The position numbers were made by a program, and so were the translations under genes. The notes under the pieces are model-generated. The model was not told the origin of the DNA. It made no database searches and worked only from the letters and a program-made list of their open reading frames with translations. From Orbicella franksi (taxonomy: Eukaryota): a DNA stretch of 64,000 bases. This document shows, piece after piece, positions 57,817 through 64,000 of the stretch (within the stretch, counting starts at the first letter, position 1; the number at the start of each line of letters is the position of its first letter). The stretch covers positions 13,702,001-13,766,000 of the forward strand of contig OZ116701.1 of the NCBI GenBank assembly GCA_964199315.1. The letters are read 5' to 3'.

Positions 57817-58166
57817 GTCGTAGTCATTTTGCGACTCACCGTCAATTTTTGCACGGAATTTTGAAACAAGCTGATCGATACAAGCGACAAGTCATGTTAG
57901 AAAATGCTAACAAAGAACAGATCAATGCAGTCAGTGAAATGGTTTTGAACCTATTGGGTGGAAAAATTCCTGTCAGTCGACCTGTCTATAAATCCCTTAA
58001 AAAGAAGACAGCAAAGCTGAGAGAACTGGGTAGCAGACGAACCAGTTTAAAAAAGAGAAAGACAATACTATTGAATCAATTGAAGTCAAAACAGAAAGGT
58101 GGAAGTATCTTGTGGAAAGGTTTGACCAATTGCTACAACGTTTGTTGCGGTGGGAGACGAAGATGA
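57813..58166 (+). CDS. Conserved-type basic Polinton protein ending near QKGG, 117 aa
   Basis: EQINAVSEMVLNLLGGKIPV...KLRELG...SLKKRKTILL...QKGG resembles a common Polinton core-like ORF. Confidence 0.65.
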   Translation: MSRSHFATHRQFLHGILKQADRYKRQVMLENANKEQINAVSEMVLNLLGGKIPVSRPVYKSLKKKTAKLRELGSRRTSLKKRKTILLNQLKSKQKGGSILWKGLTNCYNVCCGGRRR

Positions 58167-58507
58167 GTTCAGACATGTTTACTAAACTGGTCACCTTATT
58201 ACATGAGACCAACAAAACCGTCGAGCACTTCCAAGAGAGAGAAAAGAAAAAGAAGAGTTAGCACGTCAATGGCAAACAAAATACGAAAAACTTCATCAAT
58301 TGTATTTAGCCAAGGAGTTTGATAAGGTTTGTTCAGACTGTCAACGTCTATCAGTGGAAACAGAACCTGGCGATACAATAACGTTGTGTCAAAACTGTTC
58401 AGTGAAAAAAGAGACCATTGAATCTCTCAAGATTAAGCAAAAAGAAACAGAGGAAAAAGTTGCTTATTGGGAAGAACTCTTTCACACTGCTTCTCGTCAT
58501 GAACGAA

Positions 58508-59215
58508 ATGATCATGGTACCGGCTAAAAACTTTGAGAATCTCACTCAATACTTCAAAGGACAAATTTCAGATAGTACTCTGTTAAACAAAGCAGGTAGA
58601 GTGGCCGCCAAAAAACATATCATCCTAACTAGTAAAAAAATTCCTGCTGCTACAGCTGTTAAGATGGCCAAACCCTTAGCAAGACAGCAGCGTCGTTTGA
58701 CCAAACGAATTCGTTTAGGACCTGGTGGGAGTACTGGAGGAAATGAACCCATCGACTTAGATAACAATGACGAAGGTATGGTGGAAGGACCCTTGGAAAA
58801 CATGTTGCGTAAGATCATCAAAGGGTCTGCAGTTAAAAAAGAACCACAAACTCCTCATTTTACTGGTAGCTACAGTAAAGCCAAGCGAAGACTTCTTCCA
58901 CACACCCCAGCCTCACAAATACCTGTGAGAACCTTGAAATCTTCTCCTCACCCCAAACCGACTTCACTCAAATCGACTCCAAAATCATCACTTGGTAAAG
59001 AAGTCAAAAAGAAGGTCTTAAAAGCAGCGGGTGAGAGTTTGATGCATTCACTTGGTCTACCTAGTACAAGTAGAACAACCTCAAAAGGAAAACAACCCAA
59101 GAAGAAACGTAAAACAGAGTTGGAAAAACTAGCTCCTTTACCTGGTTGGGAAAATTGGTACCCTCCCGGACATAAACTGAGAAAAGGTCTACAGCGTGAT
59201 TATGACAGCGACTAA
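58508..59215 (+). CDS. Polinton hypothetical basic, Pro/Ser/Thr-rich protein
   Basis: Likely ATG at 58508 within track ORF 58418-59215. Confidence 0.55.
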   Translation: MIMVPAKNFENLTQYFKGQISDSTLLNKAGRVAAKKHIILTSKKIPAATAVKMAKPLARQQRRLTKRIRLGPGGSTGGNEPIDLDNNDEGMVEGPLENMLRKIIKGSAVKKEPQTPHFTGSYSKAKRRLLPHTPASQIPVRTLKSSPHPKPTSLKSTPKSSLGKEVKKKVLKAAGESLMHSLGLPSTSRTTSKGKQPKKKRKTELEKLAPLPGWENWYPPGHKLRKGLQRDYDSD

Positions 59216-59596
59216 AAAGAAAAAGTCCCGAGCGGTTACTCGAAAATCATCTAAAGGGAGAGTCACCAAAACAACCAAGAAGACAGGATCCAAAAAACGT
59301 CGAGGATTTGACCTTCAAAAAATGATAGCTAAGACGGGAAGGGAATTTCATTGGCCCGGTTATCAGTACATGGGACACATCTGGAGAAGAGACTAAAGCG
59401 AGGGGACCCTGGCATAAATAGATTAGGCAGAGTATCCAAACAGCATGACATCGACTACAGTATAGCTAGAAACTTGGCTGACAAGCACAAGGCTGACAAA
59501 AAGATGATACAAAGCATCAACAAGTTTAAGAAAAAGAACTTAACCGAGAGATTCGTTAAGAAAGTGATGCAAACCAAGACAATGTTAAATCTCTAA
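59196..59596 (+). pseudogene. Parvovirus VP1u-type phospholipase A2 (PLA2X), frameshifted near 59375
   Basis: Frame A ends ...HWPGYQYMG. Frame B continues GTHLEKRLKRGDPGINRLGRVSKQHDIDY...ADKKM. The Ca-loop GPG is missing, consistent with a 7-nt deletion. Confidence 0.85.
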
Positions 59597-59620
59597 GTGT
59601 TTATTGATCTCATAATGTAA

Positions 59621-60424
59621 TTATATTTCATTGTTTTTGATTGCATTTGACACAGCATTAAAAAAATCTACATGTTTAAAAATCTCTTGCACTGAGACAT
59701 CTTTTTTCAATTCAACCTGATCATAAAGATAAGAAGGATTACCAAATGCTGCACCTTTCGGAAAACCTTTCAGATATTCATCATCTTGAACTATGATTTT
59801 TGTAAATTTTATACATTGTTCACATTTTCGTTTACAAGTTCTCACTATAGCCTGTCTTTTTTCTTTACAAGAATCATTGACATCCATTTCTAAAAGTTCC
59901 CTCAAAAAGTGATAAACAGGATGATCTCCACCATTTTTTTGTCTTAACAGATATCTACTCTTCATCTCTCGTAGCATAGGTAAAATATAACCTAAAGATA
60001 ATCTGGAAGCAATGTCTTCCCAATCACTCGTCTCCTTTTCAGGTAAATCAAACAGAAAATATATACACACACTGTAAATTCTATTGCTAGTTCTACTTGC
60101 AGCTAGAAGAGGATTATCAGTTATCTTCAAAGCTTTTTTTACGTACTTTCTTTCTAACTTAGTTAAAGTAGGCGGTCTTGGATTCTTATATAAATCATAA
60201 TGATTTAAGAACGTTTTCTCAATCTCCTCTGCTTGTAGAGGAGTGAATTTTTCGGCTCTTTTAACTTTATCTAAAACTTGAAATCGCTCTTTACAAATTG
60301 GACACCACACTGCATTTTTTACATCAATACACTCTTCATGAACACGCGAAAAACAACATCCTGTAGATTTTAATGGATTCTCTTCGCTTGTAGAACTTTT
60401 TTTGCAAACAAAACAATCATCCAT
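59621..60424 (-). CDS. RING-like zinc finger + helical domain protein, 267 aa
   Basis: CFVC...TGCCFSRVHEEC...CPIC. Confidence 0.72.
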   Translation of the reverse strand: MDDCFVCKKSSTSEENPLKSTGCCFSRVHEECIDVKNAVWCPICKERFQVLDKVKRAEKFTPLQAEEIEKTFLNHYDLYKNPRPPTLTKLERKYVKKALKITDNPLLAASRTSNRIYSVCIYFLFDLPEKETSDWEDIASRLSLGYILPMLREMKSRYLLRQKNGGDHPVYHFLRELLEMDVNDSCKEKRQAIVRTCKRKCEQCIKFTKIIVQDDEYLKGFPKGAAFGNPSYLYDQVELKKDVSVQEIFKHVDFFNAVSNAIKNNEI

Positions 60425-60688
60425 CTAAAAAACAAGAATCAAATGTAACCATTTTCTAATGTCATCAACCATTTCACAACTTTTGTTCATTTCTGTTTCG
60501 CAGGACATATTCAACTGTCTTGCCGCAAAACAAATGACAAAATAACGTCTGACGAGTGCAATATTATCTGCAAATGTCAATAGGGTCAAATAAAAATCAG
60601 ACAAGCAGTTCTCTTTCTCGCTCTCCAACCAAAAATCGACAATCAGTCCAAGTCTATTCAGTTCATTCCATTTTTCGTCTAGTAACAT
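60425..60688 (-). CDS. Polinton hypothetical protein, 87 aa
   Basis: Open frame whose stop directly abuts the ATG of the downstream RING gene. Confidence 0.5.
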   Translation of the reverse strand: MLLDEKWNELNRLGLIVDFWLESEKENCLSDFYLTLLTFADNIALVRRYFVICFAARQLNMSCETEMNKSCEMVDDIRKWLHLILVF

Positions 60689-60832
60689 ACCTCTCCTTCA
60701 AATCAGTAACTCCCAGAAGAAACACAGTTCGAGGCGTAGCTTCACCCGTGAGTCTGACAATAAACAGTAAATAAAAAACGTTAATCTTCAGTTCAGTTGT
60801 GCTCGGTCCAGTGCGTTTCAAAATCAATTCAA

Positions 60833-61066
60833 TCATTCTTCGTCGATGTGAGGCCTCAATTTGTCTTCCCCAAAACGTAAGCATTCACAAACTGGACACT
60901 TTCTGTTATTAAAAGGTAAATTCCTCTGTTCGTCGAGTTTACAGGACCAATGGAATACGCTATTGCAACACTTGCTCCTGTAAAAACATCCCAGACTCGC
61001 GTCGACACGCACATCACAAATGTTACATTTCATGAGGAATAAATCGAGACATCGATGATGAAACAC
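60833..61066 (-). CDS. RING-like zinc-finger protein (may continue by frameshift into 60663-60884)
   Basis: CNIC...SKCCNSVFHWSC...CPVC. Confidence 0.65.
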   Translation of the reverse strand: MFHHRCLDLFLMKCNICDVRVDASLGCFYRSKCCNSVFHWSCKLDEQRNLPFNNRKCPVCECLRFGEDKLRPHIDEE

Positions 61067-61417
61067 TTTTCGACAGCACGGTGTATATTTTTTCTATGAA
61101 AAGGAGTACACGGTTCAAGACATATCAAACAATCATCATAGTTTGAAGCCATGACTTACCTCGAGTCGAGTTCTACAGCACACAAAACCAACACATCAAG
61201 TTCTAACAATAAGTACACGAGTCATCACGTGCCAATCCACGTCACAGAAAGAGTAGACTGGGTGGGTGGGTGGGGGGTATCCCCCTCTTCACTTACTAAA
61301 AAAAATAAAAAATGGCGGGAAAAATACGTTATAAATTCAACCGTAAAAGTGACTGTTCTTCACACCTCCTTGGTAATGTATCTACTCCATTTTTATTTTG
61401 TTCTCGTTTCGATTACA

Positions 61418-64000
61418 ATGACTGATGAATTGGACTTCGATTGGAGCGACGAGGAAGATAACCTCCTTCTCGCAAATCATGCCCATGAAGTGGAAAACGG
61501 ATTCGACTTTGTTTTGACTCCTCATCTAGACAGACGAGTGAGACATCTAGGAGCGAGGCATCGAAATTACACCGGAAGGTTGGTCCAACATGGAGGAGCC
61601 CTTGATTTCAATGCCTTCATTCAGAGAATTCTACCCAATCAATTAGAAGAAGCCGTCAGACGTAGTATAGAACAACAAGTCTTAAACGATCCAGAAGTTA
61701 AAGCCGACGATTATTTGTATGTCAACCTCAATTCTAATCGACTTCATCACGGCTACCATTCTCCACGCATGAGAGTGAGTGACTGGACCAGAAGTAGTTT
61801 GAGAGCAGAAGAAATGATGCAACAGATTTCGGCCATGCTTAACTCAAATGAAAATTTTCAATTAGACGATAGTTTCTCTGTCAACATTTCTCACATTCGC
61901 AGTCCCGGAAACGGTGGAGGAAAAAGAATTCGAAAAGGACAATTGGCTATCGAAAAGATGTTAGAAATCAAGAAATGTGTGGTGCAGATTAACAACCAAG
62001 ACGAATTGTGTTGTGCTAGAGCCATAGTCACCATGATGTCACACGCTGACCTAGGAACAAAGCATCACGATTACGTCAATCTCAGAAAAGGTCTCCCAAT
62101 TCAAGAAAAAAAAGCCAGGGCCCTACACGAAGCTGCAAAAGTCCCGATAGCGAGCTGTGGCATACCCGAAATCATGAAGTTCCAAGAGGTTTTACCCGAT
62201 CACAGATTGGTCGTACTCTCCGTCGATCAAAATTACAGGATCATTTACAAGGGTCCCTACCAACCTCATCGAAAAGACATCATTCTCATCAAAGTAGGAG
62301 AACATTATCACGCATGTACCTCCCTGAAAGCTTTCATGGGAAGAAATCATTTCTGTTTGATATGCGAGAAAGGCTACGATCACGACGACATGAAATCCCA
62401 CAAGTGCAATGGAAGAAAATGTGGATCCTATTTTCAAATCGAGTGTGAAGACTATCACAAAGTTCAAAAGGGAGAGCGGGCCACCTACAAGTGTGGAAGA
62501 TGTCAACGAAAATTCTTAGGAACCCATTGCTTGAGTAACCACACCAAATTCAGTGAAGAAAACGGAAAAGAAGCAAACGAAACACGTAAAAGTGTATGTA
62601 GCAGCAAAAGAAAATGCAGCAAGTGTATGCGATTGCTTCGTCCCCGTGAAACCACATCAAACCATGTCTGCGGAACCAATGAATGCCCCTCTTGTAAAGA
62701 GTTCAAGAACCTGGACCACCATCAATGCTTCATTCAAAATCCCACCAAGCTAAAAGAAAAAATGAAGAAACTCAAGAAGACTCGTCTAAAGAGAAAAAGC
62801 GATGGTTCAAGATCGATTGAAGAAAGACCTCACATATTTGTCTACTGGGACAGTGAAACCATGCAAGACACGGGTGTTCACATTCCCAATTTAGTGTGTG
62901 CTGCCACTTCCAACACCGAAGAGTTGTTCAATTTCGAAGGGGAAACCTGCATCGCTGACTTCATCGATTGGTTGAGAGAACTGTCCTTGGACTGTAGACT
63001 AACGGTCATTGCTCACAATTCTCAAGGCTTCGATGCTTACCTCGTACTTGACGAATTATTCAAACAGTACGTTGGAGTAGATCAAATAGTCAATGGAGCC
63101 AAGATAATTTCTTTGAGTTTCAATGGTGGTGACATTGAATTAAAAGACTCGCTCTGTTTCTTTCAAATGCATCTTGCCTCTTTTCCAAAAGCCTTTGGAC
63201 TGAAAGAGAAGAAGAAAGGTTTCTTCCCCCATTTCTTCAACACCCCAGAAAACCAAGAGTACGTGGGTCCATTGCCAGACAAAACGTATTACGATCCAAA
63301 AGGAATGTCTCCAAACAGAGCCAAAGAGTTTAATCAATGGTACGAAAACCTCTCCAAGGATCCAAATTACCAATTCAACTTTCAAGAAGAACTGTTGAGT
63401 TATTGTCAATCCGACGTACTACTACTGAAGGGCGGATGTGAAGTCTTTTGTCGAGAATTCGAAGAAATCAGTGGTTTCAACCCTCTTGAGAGATGCCTGA
63501 CCATCGCTTCGGCGTGTAATCTTTACTATCGAAAGACTCACATGCTAGAGAGAAGCATTGCCTCAGAACCGATAAGCGGATGGCACGGACAAGATAAACC
63601 TCACTCCAAGGCTAGTATCGAGTGGTTGACCTGGCTCAACACAAGACCCATCACAACATACAACATGGAAGAAACGGTGGTGAATATGTCATTAAAGACG
63701 GTCCTCACAAATACTACGTGGACGGTTACGATCCCATCACCAATGTCGTGTACGAATTTAACGGCTGTTATTGGCACGGTTGTCCAAAATGTTACCCTAA
63801 CCGAGACGAACAAAGCGAAAAGATGGGAGAAAGAACAATGGCTGATGTTTACGAAAACCAAGAGGCAAAAGAGCAACTCTTATTTCTGAAAGGTCACTCA
63901 GTACAAGTGATATGGGAGTGTGAATGGAAGAAGAAGAAAGAAGAGGACAAGTCCATTCAAGAAGTGGTGGATTCTTTCCAGATCATTGACAGACTGAAGC
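61418..64000 (+). pseudogene. pPolB: Protein-primed family B DNA polymerase (N-terminal region, Cys-rich fingers, 3'-5' exonuclease, Vsr-like insert); frameshift at ~63650; truncated by the window
   Basis: Likely ATG at 61418; DELCCARAI; ExoI YWDSET, ExoII AHNSQGFD, ExoIII YCQSDV. After the shift the other frame reads IQHGRNGGE...VDGYD...YEFNGCYWHGCPKCY...IWECEW. Confidence 0.93.

Larger units (their letters stand above)
41767..64000 (+). mobile_element. Endogenous Polinton/Maverick (adintovirus-like) virus, left end to pPolB; right end beyond the window
   Basis: Starts with AGTAGT. Gene-dense and apparently intronless, with rve integrase, penton, MCP, adenain, A32/FtsK ATPase, PLA2 and protein-primed PolB. 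Confidence 0.95.

Noticed and set aside
61151-61417. N-terminal 89-aa extension of pPolB given in the ORF track
   Set aside because: It runs through the G-rich/A-rich promoter-like gap and is not protein-like. ATG 61418 is the more plausible start.
41767-64000. Bacterial/phage contamination or chimeric contig
   Set aside because: The gene set (rve integrase, adenain, pPolB, Polinton-type MCP) is that of eukaryotic Polintons, with a proper terminus adjoining host repeats. Read support is still worth checking.

Overview
Eukaryotic (animal) DNA, most likely a stony coral. This is inferred from a skeletal-organic-matrix-protein-5-like gene, an intronless cnidarian-type GPCR and repeat families I recognise from coral genomes. 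The window has four blocks. (1) 1-~20.1 kb: a very young tandem duplication of an ~8.84-kb unit (two full copies plus a partial third), each full copy carrying a decayed RTE-type LINE and an intact rhodopsin-class GPCR. (2) ~22.6-30.7 kb: a spliced PAN-EGF-USOMP5-like gene (5 exons traced by splice sites and phase; first exon not found). Its introns hold a Penelope fragment with a hammerhead ribozyme, MITEs and a 1.4-kb foldback element. (3) 34.8-41.6 kb: a 943-aa ankyrin-repeat + cGAS-like (Mab-21/cGLR) nucleotidyltransferase with an intact catalytic triad, then an 18-bp minisatellite and a Gypsy relic. (4) 41,767 to the window end: an endogenous Polinton/Maverick (adintovirus-like) virus. 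It begins at an AGTAGT terminus and encodes integrase, penton, major capsid protein, adenain protease, packaging ATPase, pX-like core proteins, PLA2 and protein-primed PolB. Its accessory set is unusual: four RING-like proteins, a SLATT-like 2-TM protein and a GRF zinc-finger protein. Several core genes carry single inactivating lesions. All assignments come from motif recognition by eye; no database searches were run.
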